IMG/VR virus record: IMGVR_UViG_3300047678_000239
Location: 33,159 to 97,158 of that record
Length of the DNA stretch: 64,000 nt
From: a virus
Strand: one strand, 5' to 3'
A program made the position numbers and the translations under genes. The notes beneath the pieces were generated by a model. The model searched no databases, was not told where the DNA came from, and saw only the letters and a program-made list of their open reading frames with translations. Positions 17,885-28,650 of the stretch are shown here, piece after piece (position 1 is the stretch's first letter; the number at the start of each line of letters is the position of its first letter).

Positions 17885-20800
17885 TTAGGTGTCAAAACGG
17901 ACGATAATGTTCACCGGCCAGTCGATAAGATTTTTGATTGGTTTTCCCAATTTTCCGACCAAGAGAAGTTCTCCTGAATCATTGTATAATCCAATTGTTG
18001 TAATATATGGAGCCAAGTAAGAACCCGTTGGGTCAAATGAAGAAGATTCGATGAAATTCAAGAAATTCTTGTTCACTTCAAATTTCTTCTTTCCACTGAA
18101 CATGTCGATGTAATTCTTTACATCGTTATAATATTTTCTTGTTGAATTTGAATTTATGAACGTCGCTAATTTTGAATCCGTAAGAGTTCCCATGAAGTAA
18201 TTAAGCAATAATCCTCCATCACGAATATCAATGATTCCATCTCCATCAATATCCAACACCATGTTATCAATCAAATTGGACTTTATGAATCCGTATATGT
18301 CTGGAGTCAAAAATTCATCGAACTGAGTAACAGCCGTTCCAGCAACTCCAGCCAATGTTTCAAGATACAACACATCTTCCGATTCTGTTTGTAAAACATC
18401 ATTGTTCCACCAACTTTCGTCTTTGAGAGTGTCTTGTTCGAGAACAATTCCATTATCGTCTGTATCTTGGACAGTGTAAAATCTTTGCTTATTTAAAAAT
18501 CTCAAAATAAGGTCAACGTCTTTTATATCAAATACGCCGTCTTGATTAACATCAAAAAGCATCGGATAATTGGCCAACGAAGAAGGTGAAGTAGAATAAT
18601 TGAATTGGCTAGGAGCTATGCTGACCAAATATTCATGTTCGTAAATAGTGTGAGTGCCTTGATACTTTAGAGAAAATCCTCTTGAACCAGTGGATGACAT
18701 TATTGTTTTGTAATTTTGCTCTGTTGAAGTTACAACCAACTGACCGTTCTTGTAAAATACATTTCCGATTTTTGGATTCTTCTCAAAATTACTTACATTG
18801 TAAACATAAGTTGCTCCGTGATTACTTGCTGATATAAAAGTATTGTTGTTGAGACTGGATGTGATGATATAATTGAAAGTAGAAAGATTTTGTGGGTAGT
18901 TGAAAACCGGACTTCCTACTGCCAAATACATTGAACCAGAATATGAGTCTGACAGAGCTGTAGAATAACCGTAATGATAGTGTGGTAGATTATTCTCTTT
19001 GTTTCTCTTCATCGTTCTAATCAAATCCCACGATGTATTTTGAGCATTGTAAGAGAATAAGGACACTCTTCCCAATACGAACTCTTGGTCTGTGGAACTT
19101 GTTGAATATGTTTGCCATTCCTCGATTCCGAACGATGCTCCATTGTATGAACCTGTGTAATAAGCCTTGTCGGAACCATATCCAACAGAAGCATACCCAC
19201 TACTTACAGAAACACTTCTAGCGAAATTACTATTCTTAGTTACAGTTCTGTCTCCAAATGTCTTGTGTCTCAAAGCACAATCGTAAACAGAACAATCTTC
19301 ATCTGTTCCAAAGCTGTAGAAATAAACTGCGCCCAATGATTGTGTTACTTGAGACGATGAATATGGGGTAAATCCCTTATCATAAAACGAGCATATTGCC
19401 AAGTGGTCGCCATCAATAGAAACTTTGTATCCAAATCCATCAACCGGCAAATCAACCTGAACAAAGTTAAATGGAGCGTTTCGATTTAAATCCGCCCACT
19501 CTTCGTTGCCAACAAATGTCTTGTATCTTGACCAAGAAGCGGTGGGACATGGTGAGCCAGAATAAGAAGCAGTAAACAACGAAGCGTATCCGGCTCCTGT
19601 GGTTATTCTTGTTCCAACCAAAATTTTATCGGACGAAACAGATACAGAAGAACCAAAATAATCACCAGCTGTGCTGGATGTGATGACCGTCTCCAACTCC
19701 CAACTGTAGTTTCCTGATATGAAATATGGGGCACTTTGTTCATTGTAAATTTCCATACTTCCAGATTCAGCTATAATTGTGGTGCATTCGCCATCTTCCG
19801 ACGAAATTTTTTGCCAAAATGATTGTGTAGGAATTCCTGAACATCCCAACGAACCATATTGCTTCTGTCTATAAACATACACGGCTCCAGCATTGTTGTT
19901 TAATCCTGGAGCACCAATAGCCATAATACCTCTGTCGTGACTTATCGCTGCACCAAATTGTGCATTGGAACCAGAACCTTCCAAAATATTAACCATTCCC
20001 CAATGGTCTGGTCCACCGGCATATTTGTGGTAAACATAAACCATTCCAGACCCAGTTTGTGTGGCACAAGCATCTTCGGTCAATGAACCAATAGCAGCAA
20101 AATCATCTCTAACGGATACACTTGCCCCAAATCCATCTTGATAGCTTGTGGTAAATGGAGAACGGAAAGTCTTAACCAATCTGTGCTGATTATATTCAGG
20201 GTCAAACTTGTAAATGTCGGCGCGTCCGTTCTTCTTAACAGCAACCGTTCTAATATCAGTTGGAGAGCCTACCAAAACGTATTTATACCAAGCTGATACA
20301 GAATATCCGAATCTTTCGTTTTCTGGTTTAAAAATTGAACCGGTTGTTACATATTTCCAAGAATCTGATGATGGAATGTAATCAATCAATCCTCCAGAGT
20401 TCTTAATGTCTTGTGCTTGAGCGTATGTGATTTCTTCTCCGTTGTAGTAGAATTGACCTGAGCCAGAGTCCCAAAATGAACGACTCTCTTCGCTGTTGTA
20501 TGGGAACAATTCGTTCGTAGAAGGAAAGTGACTACCGCTAACGAATAAATTGGTGAATCCATCGTCACATATCAACATCTCTTCATGAGGGCTTGAATAG
20601 TCGTATAATCTTACACTTTTTGGGTTTATTTTCTCTCCCCAAAAATCTTTATCAATTCTACCGACAAAAACTCTATCAGAAATTTTTCTAACTTCTTTTT
20701 CTTTTGTTATTGGGTTTTCTCCAACAAACTCAACTCCAAATTGATTGAGTGGATTGTCTTGATTTCTATAAAAAAGAGCATCTGTGGATGAATATGTCAA

Positions 20801-21037
20801 TCTCTTATATTCTCCAGATGAATTCACTGGCTCTTTTGATGCATCGTAATAATCGCTGCTCGATGGATAGAAGCTTCCTGAAATATTCAATCCCTCATTG
20901 ACCACCATTTTATCCGCATAATAGGTGGAGTCTCCAAATGTATCTACGCTAGCGCTATCAATGCTTTGTAATGTCCAATTTTTGTATGTCTTAAATGGAC
21001 GAACCGTTATGTCGCTCTGCGTAAATTTCTTTTGCAT
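17885..21037 (-). CDS. baseplate/tail protein with FG-GAP beta-propeller and dockerin/EF-hand-like repeats
   Basis: FGYSVS, FGASVS, FGAAIS, FGSSVS, GAVYVY; DVNQDGVFDIKD and DIDGDGIIDIRD; C-terminal YITTIGLYNDSGELLLVGKL...IIVRFD. Confidence 0.7.
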   Translation of the reverse strand: MQKKFTQSDITVRPFKTYKNWTLQSIDSASVDTFGDSTYYADKMVVNEGLNISGSFYPSSSDYYDASKEPVNSSGEYKRLTYSSTDALFYRNQDNPLNQFGVEFVGENPITKEKEVRKISDRVFVGRIDKDFWGEKINPKSVRLYDYSSPHEEMLICDDGFTNLFVSGSHFPSTNELFPYNSEESRSFWDSGSGQFYYNGEEITYAQAQDIKNSGGLIDYIPSSDSWKYVTTGSIFKPENERFGYSVSAWYKYVLVGSPTDIRTVAVKKNGRADIYKFDPEYNQHRLVKTFRSPFTTSYQDGFGASVSVRDDFAAIGSLTEDACATQTGSGMVYVYHKYAGGPDHWGMVNILEGSGSNAQFGAAISHDRGIMAIGAPGLNNNAGAVYVYRQKQYGSLGCSGIPTQSFWQKISSEDGECTTIIAESGSMEIYNEQSAPYFISGNYSWELETVITSSTAGDYFGSSVSVSSDKILVGTRITTGAGYASLFTASYSGSPCPTASWSRYKTFVGNEEWADLNRNAPFNFVQVDLPVDGFGYKVSIDGDHLAICSFYDKGFTPYSSSQVTQSLGAVYFYSFGTDEDCSVYDCALRHKTFGDRTVTKNSNFARSVSVSSGYASVGYGSDKAYYTGSYNGASFGIEEWQTYSTSSTDQEFVLGRVSLFSYNAQNTSWDLIRTMKRNKENNLPHYHYGYSTALSDSYSGSMYLAVGSPVFNYPQNLSTFNYIITSSLNNNTFISASNHGATYVYNVSNFEKNPKIGNVFYKNGQLVVTSTEQNYKTIMSSTGSRGFSLKYQGTHTIYEHEYLVSIAPSQFNYSTSPSSLANYPMLFDVNQDGVFDIKDVDLILRFLNKQRFYTVQDTDDNGIVLEQDTLKDESWWNNDVLQTESEDVLYLETLAGVAGTAVTQFDEFLTPDIYGFIKSNLIDNMVLDIDGDGIIDIRDGGLLLNYFMGTLTDSKLATFINSNSTRKYYNDVKNYIDMFSGKKKFEVNKNFLNFIESSSFDPTGSYLAPYITTIGLYNDSGELLLVGKLGKPIKNLIDWPVNIIVRFDT

Positions 21038-21053
21038 ATACTACTATAAATAT

Positions 21054-21890
21054 TCAGACCGATGCTTTATTGGTTGTCTTCAACACCTTCATTTCTTTCA
21101 ATTTATCCTCTATGATTGATATGTTCTTTTTTATATCAGATTCCCAAAATCGAATAACTTCATAACCTCTAACTTTGGCCATATCTTCTTTAAGTCTGTC
21201 CTTGATTCTTGCTTTTTCGGCTCCCCAAAAATGATGCTTTGTGTTAGGATTTCCGTGCCAATAATCTCCATCAATCTCTATAATGATAGGTTTGTTTTTC
21301 AACTTGAAGTCGTAAGAACCACATGTTTTTCCGTCGTGGATGAAAAATCCATAGTGATACTTAATACCCAGCCTATCTAACTCATTTGACACTTTTGTTT
21401 CCAGTTTATTCTTACTACGAAGAGACATCATTTTTTCGACGGCTTCTGGAGTGTGAGTTTTACCGAACATTGGATTTTTCTCACCAGCGGAAAGGCCGTT
21501 CTTTATTCTCGTTGCTGAGATTTTGGCTCGGACCTCTGGTCGAGTTGATGAATTATTTTGGCCCATGTTATCCGGTCTCGGGTGGCTATTTGCTGAGCCT
21601 ATTTTTTTCTTCGTTTCATCGCTCAGCTCGGCGCCGGTTCTATGAGACTTTACTCCCGTCCATGTTTTTCTCATTTCACGGAGGCACTCTTTCGAACAAG
21701 AATTTCCCTTTTTTGCCTTAGACTTTGTTATTTTTCCACAAATCTCACACTCAACCCATCCCAAAAATCTAAAGTCATCAATATTTTCTTCAACATATTC
21801 CTGGAATACTTTTCCGTGACTTTTCAAGTGCATCGGAAACGCTTTTGGATGAATTTCCCTCTTACAAATCTTACAGGTTATGTTGCTCAT
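21054..21890 (-). CDS. putative homing endonuclease (Zn finger + NUMOD3 + DUF559/Vsr-like)
   Basis: CKIC..H, LSDETKKKIG, NPMFGKTHTPE, YDFKL..IIIEIDGDYWHGNP, IRFWESD. Confidence 0.75.
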   Translation of the reverse strand: MSNITCKICKREIHPKAFPMHLKSHGKVFQEYVEENIDDFRFLGWVECEICGKITKSKAKKGNSCSKECLREMRKTWTGVKSHRTGAELSDETKKKIGSANSHPRPDNMGQNNSSTRPEVRAKISATRIKNGLSAGEKNPMFGKTHTPEAVEKMMSLRSKNKLETKVSNELDRLGIKYHYGFFIHDGKTCGSYDFKLKNKPIIIEIDGDYWHGNPNTKHHFWGAEKARIKDRLKEDMAKVRGYEVIRFWESDIKKNISIIEDKLKEMKVLKTTNKASV

Positions 21891-21953
21891 AACCATAAAT
21901 ATCAAACCAAATCACCAAAATGCTCACTATCCAGTCATATATTAATCAACACC

Positions 21954-23081
21954 TCAAACATCAAGGCGAATTTTTATAAGAGTTTCATTAGAAAAATTCT
22001 TGAGCGCAGCTTGGCTTAACTTAGCTACGGCTACAAGGTCGTTGTTTTCATTGTAAAGACCAACTGTGGTGATGTAAACTTGAGGGTCGGTCGAGAAGCT
22101 AGAGAATCTCAATTTACCAACATCACCCGAATCAATTACTCCAGCATCTGCTTCAGCTTGAGTGTAGACAAAGGTTGGGTTGTTTGAATAATTAAACTCT
22201 TGATTCTTAACTCTAATAAAATAATGACGAGCTGGAACGTATTCAGTAACTCTAGCTCGGATGGAACCGGTGTGGTTATTGATGATGCAATTTGCAAATC
22301 TGTTATGCATCAAAGCGTATGAATTATTTGTTCCAAGACTGCTTGTTGGAGTGGATAAAGCTCTACCTGTAGGAGACGTTCCCACAATGGAACTGATTAC
22401 CGATGGGTTCAAGATTACCAACCCGAGGTCAGGATACATTGAACCTGCTCCAGAATACACAACTTGACCGAGACTGTTTAGATTTGCTCCACCAGCCAAT
22501 GTTCCTTGAACAATGTTGTAACGTTTTCCACCAGCGGTTCCGGATGGTGTCTTATTATAACGTGAATCATCAATGAAAGTGAATGTTCCCTTAGAACCAA
22601 CCAAAGTTAGTTCAAATTGACCTGGGTCAAGTCTATCCTTAACTTTAGCTCCGGAGAAATTGATGGAATAAATGTCAACTGAGTTTACTTCTGATGTAGC
22701 AGAACCGGTGTAGAAAGTGAACAAAGCGTCATCTGGAATCAACAAGAAGTTTCTATATTGATTGTAAACCGCTTGAGTTGGTTTCAACAAGCTTCCGTTT
22801 GATGTATTCAAGTCAAAACCAGAAGAACCAGAACCAGCATAATGACCATAAGCTACAGACAAATATACTTCGGATGAAGCGGAGCCGGTTGGTTGGTCAT
22901 AAAGATTGATATAATACAATCCATTTAGAGGAACCAAAGCAGACGAACCGGTGATTTTTGCTTGAGCACTTGAAGTGTAGAACGCTGTCCATTGTGACTG
23001 CCCACCGGAAAACATTCCGGTAGATACTTGTTGGACTCTACCCGAAACAACGTCAGTTTGGTCAAAATTCTTAAAAATCAT
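21954..23081 (-). CDS. baseplate/tail structural protein
   Basis: Shares C-terminal FNYS.NP...YITTVGLYNENNDLVAVAKLS...KIRLD with 17885..21037. Confidence 0.65.
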   Translation of the reverse strand: MIFKNFDQTDVVSGRVQQVSTGMFSGGQSQWTAFYTSSAQAKITGSSALVPLNGLYYINLYDQPTGSASSEVYLSVAYGHYAGSGSSGFDLNTSNGSLLKPTQAVYNQYRNFLLIPDDALFTFYTGSATSEVNSVDIYSINFSGAKVKDRLDPGQFELTLVGSKGTFTFIDDSRYNKTPSGTAGGKRYNIVQGTLAGGANLNSLGQVVYSGAGSMYPDLGLVILNPSVISSIVGTSPTGRALSTPTSSLGTNNSYALMHNRFANCIINNHTGSIRARVTEYVPARHYFIRVKNQEFNYSNNPTFVYTQAEADAGVIDSGDVGKLRFSSFSTDPQVYITTVGLYNENNDLVAVAKLSQAALKNFSNETLIKIRLDV

Positions 23082-23089
23082 GGTCTAAA

Positions 23090-23713
23090 TTATTTAACAG
23101 TAACGGTGACAGGAATAGAAACAGAACCACCACTTTCATTTCCAACGATTGTCAAACGTGTCGTTGTTGTGGTAGTCAAAGAGGCGTTTGGAACAAAGCG
23201 GAATCTCAAACCAAGAGCAACTTGTGCCGTTGTTGAAGAAACGTCACCAATGAACGTAGGAATGGTAGCGTTCGTTGATTGCAATTGCTCTCCAATAATT
23301 GTTCCTGCATTCTTGTTGGATAGAATTGCTGTGTATCCAAGTGTTGTGTTGTAAAGAGGATTGGTCGATGGAACAATGATAACTTCACCCTTATAATCGC
23401 TGGTGACATTGATTGAACTTTGTCCAAGACTAATAACTGGAATAGCAGAAACTCCTGATGGGAGTGTGACGAGCTTATACTTCAAAACTTGTGTTTCATC
23501 AGTGAACGCTTCCAAAATTGGTGTGTTTCTGATTGCTAAATCGTAGTAAGCTGAACCTTGTGGGTGGGCTGGTTGATAAAGCTTGTAGTCGATTTCGTCG
23601 TCCGACAGTGCAAACGATGTGATGTTCAATCCGCCTTGAGTGGCCAAAAGCTCACGACCCTTTTTGGTTAGGACGGCATCTACGGTCACGGTTACATTGT
23701 TGAGATAACTCAT
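23090..23713 (-). CDS. virion structural protein (tail-collar/baseplate-like)
   Basis: MSYLNN..VTVDAVLTKKGRELLA...ITSFALSDDEIDY; late motif at 23731-23738. Confidence 0.6.
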   Translation of the reverse strand: MSYLNNVTVTVDAVLTKKGRELLATQGGLNITSFALSDDEIDYKLYQPAHPQGSAYYDLAIRNTPILEAFTDETQVLKYKLVTLPSGVSAIPVISLGQSSINVTSDYKGEVIIVPSTNPLYNTTLGYTAILSNKNAGTIIGEQLQSTNATIPTFIGDVSSTTAQVALGLRFRFVPNASLTTTTTTRLTIVGNESGGSVSIPVTVTVK

Positions 23714-23767
23714 ATTTCTATTCCTTTCCACATAAATATAAGGGTGTTTGACATTTTTCAGTAATTT

Positions 23768-26700
23768 TTAGGTTGTGACAGAACTAATAATAACTGGCAA
23801 GGAATTATCCAAAATACCACTTCCAGACTGTATTGTGGTTCTTTCTGTCTGTAGTCCCTTTTTGAAGATTCCCGATGGCCTGCTATAGTTGTCCAAAGTA
23901 ACCATTGGATTACGGTTATTTAGGGATTTTTTATATTTGTAATGGGTTCCATAGTATCCGTTAAGTGGATAGGAATTTAATGGGGAGTTCTGTGAGGACA
24001 AATTGTGTCTATATGAATACGCTGAGTCTCTGATTCTGCTAAAGAAGAATCCACTTGCATTTCCAACAAGAATATCAAACAAAGAAGTATCAGAGTCGAG
24101 CGATGATAGGCTTGCTGTCATCATTCCGTTCAACAGATACACCTGATAGTTGCTATTATATACGTCGATAGCATTAACTTGAAAATTTGAGCCAGAGCGA
24201 ATTGTTGCCGTAATTCCCAATCTTACGTTCGCTGAACCACTGACCAAGCTGCTGGACACCATATTTGCATCCAGTCCATAATTTTGGAAGCTTCCCACCA
24301 ACGTAACATCGTTGGATACCGGACCAGACAGATAATTTCCTCCGGACAATGTAATACCGCTAATAGAACCAATGAAATTCATATTGGCTGCAATAATTTT
24401 GAAATCTGGAATGGTTGTTACTGTTGGAAACTTAGAAATATTAACCTGCTCGTAAGGGTGGATAATCGTTTTAAATTCTCCTCTGTTCGTAGCGTATGCC
24501 TCTGCGTCTGACATAGAAGAGGTAGGTTTGTTCTTATTTCTTACGGAATAAGATTTATCAATTGGAATAACCTCAACACGCCAATAGTCGTCTTTATAAT
24601 ATGTGACACCATCTTTTGCAAGGATTTCAAATCCAAATGGCTCCAATCTGTCTGGGAAAAAGAATCCTTCCGAATCTTCATATAGAGACGTTCCTGTTAC
24701 AATAGTTTTGATGGATTGCGTCAATTGAGGAACCAATTCACTTGGAACATCCTTTGAAACAAACATTAAATCAGCAACATTGATGTTAACCGTTTCCTGA
24801 ACGATTGGTTTCAACTGAATTTTTGGTCTTTCAAGGATGGACGGTTCTATCAACAATCCGTCTACAAGCTTGGCTCTAACAGGAACCAATTTTTTAATAT
24901 ACTTGAATAGAGACTTATCAAAGTAAGCTCTAACCAAATTCATGAAGCTTTGATAATCAACTTGTCCAAATCCTTGACTGTAAAATACCTCTTTAAACTT
25001 TTCAAATCTTCCATAGGTTCTCTCATATACATCAGACGGCTTTCCAATCAAGTCTCCAAATTCAAAATTACCAAAGAACTTGATTATTTCGAGATTTATC
25101 TGCTCTGTAGGTGAGAAAAATATTCCAAGTTTATTTGTATCAACGGTGGAGTCTTCTGTGGCTCTTAGCGTAGAACGACTGTCAGGCGACAGGTTGGACG
25201 ATAGAATCTGTTGTTTGTAATTTACTTTATTACTTCTGAACTTATTCGAACCAAAATTTGGCAGATTCATTGTCTGCCTTGTCTCAAACTTCTTGAATTG
25301 ATATGGGAAGGTTGGAGTAGCAGTGTAAGTATCACACTCAACAGAATTCAATATTTGGGAACCGGCGAATGGAAAATTAGACGCGGAGATTTCTGAGGAC
25401 ATTGTTCTAAACGCAGAGTTTTGAATTGTCAGATTTCCGGAGCCTGTATTTAGATTTATAGGGGTAGAGAACGAAATTCTTACCAAGTTTTTTTCAACCA
25501 TCGACTGTGGGTTATCTGTGTCATACGCTCCTTTGAATGATGCGTGGTGATTGAATCTGGTCGTTGATAAGAAATTTTCCCATATCTTGATTTCATCAAT
25601 TGTTCCAAAGAAAGCCTCTGGGTCCAAACTCAACGAGGATGTGTTTTGCTGGTAATTTCCAAGATACAAACGAGTCGGCTGTCTAAAAGATGTATTATAG
25701 CTTCCGCTCAAAAACATGCTGGCGGATGCTTGGAAAGTTGTTCTCGAATCTTCATTTCTGCGAACCAAAACACTGTATCTTTGTGGGTAGTTATCGATGG
25801 TCGCTATTGAAGCTGTTGGACTTATGTTGAAATCAGCACTTACTTTCGATTTTCTCAATACCAGAGAATATACGTCTCCATTAAAGAATGGTGCTCTTTC
25901 AGTCATCGCTGTTAGGGTGTTGCTTCCGGTGTTTTGAATTGTGAAAAATGCCTTACCCCAATCGTTACCCTTCTCCTTAACAATACCAATAGCCCAATTG
26001 GTTCCACCAACTGCCAATCTAAAAATCTTTCCCTCATCACTTGTTTTATTTGGTTCAAAAGAGAAATTGAATTCGAGGGATTGAGCACTTCCCGTCCAAG
26101 GAACGTTGAAGTATTCCCCACTTCCGCTGAAGTATGGCGAATATTTTGTCTCATCAATAATGTATAGTGAATTTTGGTCTAGTTCCGTTGTATATTCAAC
26201 TCCACCATATTCTTTGATTTGAATGATGTTTCTTGGAATTCCATAGCAACTAATCAAAGCGTTTATAGCAGCCTCAGTTCCCTTGGACTTCAATATGAAT
26301 GGAAGGCTGTTTAGGATTCTCTTCCATATGAACTTGTTTCTATCGTCTTCTGACATATCTCCAACCTTGTCATATAGCGGAGAATCTACATCAAAATCGC
26401 TCTTGGAAAACGACGCTAGTATCAGCGGAAGGTTTTCTCTACCAATTTCTGGCTCCCAACCGAGAGAAGACAACATGTTATAAACAACGTCTTTCGAAAT
26501 TCCTTCTATTTCCGAGCTAGAAGCGTCATTCTTTTCAGTAAATTGAGTGATGTATAGAGTTAAGTTGTCAAAGTAATGACCAATCAAGTTCACAAATCTG
26601 ACATACTCGTAGTTTTCCGCAACTTCAATTACACTTGACGGAAGATTGTTTTGCAAACTGTCTCCATTATCTCTGTCATATCTTGAGCCAGAAGACATTC

Positions 26701-28423
26701 CACTATAAACTCTCGTGTGTTCTGAGAACCAATTTGGATTGTTATATAGGAAATTTTCATATCCATCCATAGACGATTCTAGAGAATTCCATTCGGCATT
26801 TAAGTCCGACTTCTCTTTGATAAGAAATTCGTCAGTTGGTAACAGAACCAACTTCACATCAATGTCAGCTATCAAAGAACGAATTTCTTCAATTCGGTTT
26901 TGTTTGTATTCGAACACCCCCAATCTCTCTTCAACAGAAGAGAATTTTACAAAGTTTTCAAAATATCTGTAGTCTACGTTTGTTGGAGCTTTTTCTTCAA
27001 TCTTATAACGAAGTTTTGAATACAATTCGTCATACAAAGAACCAGACTCTCCTACAATGCTTTCTAGAGAATGTTCAACGGTTGAATTTCCTTCATTTTC
27101 CAACTTGATGTTGAAATTTGGTCCCTTAATTGGTATTGTGACAACCGCCTGATTTGAAAAGAAGTATAAATCTTGAAGAATCGGAGAACTTACCGAAATG
27201 TTGCTAATCCAAAGATTGTCGCCCACGGAGTAACCATCTGGCAAGGTGTCTCTCAATTTCAAAATCAATCGGCTATGGGTTGATTCATCAGTAGATGGAA
27301 CCACGCCCGTTCTTACAATTGGAAGAATTGTTCCATCTCCAAAGTTGATGACGTTCTTTAAGTATCCTGAGAAATTGTCTTTGTATCGATTTTCTATAAA
27401 ATTGATTGATGGAACGAATATTGAATCGAAATATATCTGTCTAAAGAAAGAAACTATATCGTCATAATTTTGAGGACGATTGTTTGTTATTTGATTGAGC
27501 TCTTGATTTAAAATGTAAGAGAATAGCGTATAAAAATAATCTTGAATTTCATCAAACGTTGTGATTGATTCATAGTTCTCAAACAAGAAGTTTTTAAATT
27601 GGTCAAGGATACCAAATACATTTCTTGTGCTGACCATTCCGCCACTCTTTAATGAACCTTTCTGGACTCCGTAATATGTGTCTGTGATGAAATTTACCAC
27701 ATCTATATCAGTCTTCAATGAATAGAAAAATTTGATAGATTGGTCTGTGTCTGGATTTTTCTTTGCTATGTCAATGTATGTTGTGTAAAGTTGGACCTTC
27801 TCTAAAGATTCTATCAAATCGTCTATGATGTATTTGGGCTGAATTTTTGAATTGGAAAATAGGTCAAATTCCTGATTCAACTTAATATCGACTGGATTGG
27901 TAGATTGAACCAAAACATGAGGTATCACAGCAATTTCTGTTCTACTTGGAGAAATCTCATCAATGACCAACTTTTGAGAAGAATCAAATGGATTTCCTAC
28001 GACATTTCTAACCGGAAGAATTCCAATCTTGTAATTACCTTCTTGAATAGAAAGTGATTTCAATACATCTTGAACATTCATTACAATGCTTTGAGTATTT
28101 TCATTTCCAACTACTGCAAAATTGCTCTGATATTTTGAATATGAATAAACTCTCGTGCTGTTGGTTACGTCAACATACGAACGAGTAAATGGGGTGTATT
28201 TACCTTTACTACCGTTCACTGATGCATCAAAATAAGAAGACGTAACCAAGTCACCTTCTGTAGAAAATACAGTTACCTCAACCAAATCTTTATCACTCTC
28301 TCCAAATGGGAAGCTTTTAACCTCACCAACTGTTAAAAATGACAATTCATCCGCTGTATAGAAGTATGCGGTGCTTAGAGAAGCAGTTTCCTTTGCAAAG
28401 GCTTTGAAACTTGAATAATTCAT
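23768..28423 (-). CDS. large baseplate wedge protein with LamG-like insert
   Basis: LPFILKSKGTEAAINALISCYGI (tail-formation/gp7-like), GTIDEIKIWE, IEPSILERPK. Confidence 0.65.
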   Translation of the reverse strand: MNYSSFKAFAKETASLSTAYFYTADELSFLTVGEVKSFPFGESDKDLVEVTVFSTEGDLVTSSYFDASVNGSKGKYTPFTRSYVDVTNSTRVYSYSKYQSNFAVVGNENTQSIVMNVQDVLKSLSIQEGNYKIGILPVRNVVGNPFDSSQKLVIDEISPSRTEIAVIPHVLVQSTNPVDIKLNQEFDLFSNSKIQPKYIIDDLIESLEKVQLYTTYIDIAKKNPDTDQSIKFFYSLKTDIDVVNFITDTYYGVQKGSLKSGGMVSTRNVFGILDQFKNFLFENYESITTFDEIQDYFYTLFSYILNQELNQITNNRPQNYDDIVSFFRQIYFDSIFVPSINFIENRYKDNFSGYLKNVINFGDGTILPIVRTGVVPSTDESTHSRLILKLRDTLPDGYSVGDNLWISNISVSSPILQDLYFFSNQAVVTIPIKGPNFNIKLENEGNSTVEHSLESIVGESGSLYDELYSKLRYKIEEKAPTNVDYRYFENFVKFSSVEERLGVFEYKQNRIEEIRSLIADIDVKLVLLPTDEFLIKEKSDLNAEWNSLESSMDGYENFLYNNPNWFSEHTRVYSGMSSGSRYDRDNGDSLQNNLPSSVIEVAENYEYVRFVNLIGHYFDNLTLYITQFTEKNDASSSEIEGISKDVVYNMLSSLGWEPEIGRENLPLILASFSKSDFDVDSPLYDKVGDMSEDDRNKFIWKRILNSLPFILKSKGTEAAINALISCYGIPRNIIQIKEYGGVEYTTELDQNSLYIIDETKYSPYFSGSGEYFNVPWTGSAQSLEFNFSFEPNKTSDEGKIFRLAVGGTNWAIGIVKEKGNDWGKAFFTIQNTGSNTLTAMTERAPFFNGDVYSLVLRKSKVSADFNISPTASIATIDNYPQRYSVLVRRNEDSRTTFQASASMFLSGSYNTSFRQPTRLYLGNYQQNTSSLSLDPEAFFGTIDEIKIWENFLSTTRFNHHASFKGAYDTDNPQSMVEKNLVRISFSTPINLNTGSGNLTIQNSAFRTMSSEISASNFPFAGSQILNSVECDTYTATPTFPYQFKKFETRQTMNLPNFGSNKFRSNKVNYKQQILSSNLSPDSRSTLRATEDSTVDTNKLGIFFSPTEQINLEIIKFFGNFEFGDLIGKPSDVYERTYGRFEKFKEVFYSQGFGQVDYQSFMNLVRAYFDKSLFKYIKKLVPVRAKLVDGLLIEPSILERPKIQLKPIVQETVNINVADLMFVSKDVPSELVPQLTQSIKTIVTGTSLYEDSEGFFFPDRLEPFGFEILAKDGVTYYKDDYWRVEVIPIDKSYSVRNKNKPTSSMSDAEAYATNRGEFKTIIHPYEQVNISKFPTVTTIPDFKIIAANMNFIGSISGITLSGGNYLSGPVSNDVTLVGSFQNYGLDANMVSSSLVSGSANVRLGITATIRSGSNFQVNAIDVYNSNYQVYLLNGMMTASLSSLDSDTSLFDILVGNASGFFFSRIRDSAYSYRHNLSSQNSPLNSYPLNGYYGTHYKYKKSLNNRNPMVTLDNYSRPSGIFKKGLQTERTTIQSGSGILDNSLPVIISSVTT

Positions 28424-28650
28424 TTTACTGTGAACTCACGAATGACTGTATCATATTTTTCTTCAACTTTCGTAGGGCTGAAAAACAACACATTGATTGG
28501 GATTGAAATCGAGCTGCTGCTGGCTGGTTTGGCAAAATAATCGATTAAAAGATTGCCGGACGAATCATAACTAGAAGACACAGACCCCGATGTAACAATA
28601 TTCTGAGCGTCTTCGTTTGAATATTGACTTAAATATACATTTGGTTTCAT
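28420..28650 (-). CDS. small hypothetical structural protein
   Basis: 76 aa with ATGA overlaps on both sides. Confidence 0.6.
   Translation of the reverse strand: MKPNVYLSQYSNEDAQNIVTSGSVSSSYDSSGNLLIDYFAKPASSSSISIPINVLFFSPTKVEEKYDTVIREFTVK

Noticed and set aside
21054-21890. Group I intron or intein around the endonuclease genes
   Set aside because: Flanking genes are complete with their own starts and stops, the gaps are too short for an intron core, and no intein motifs were seen.
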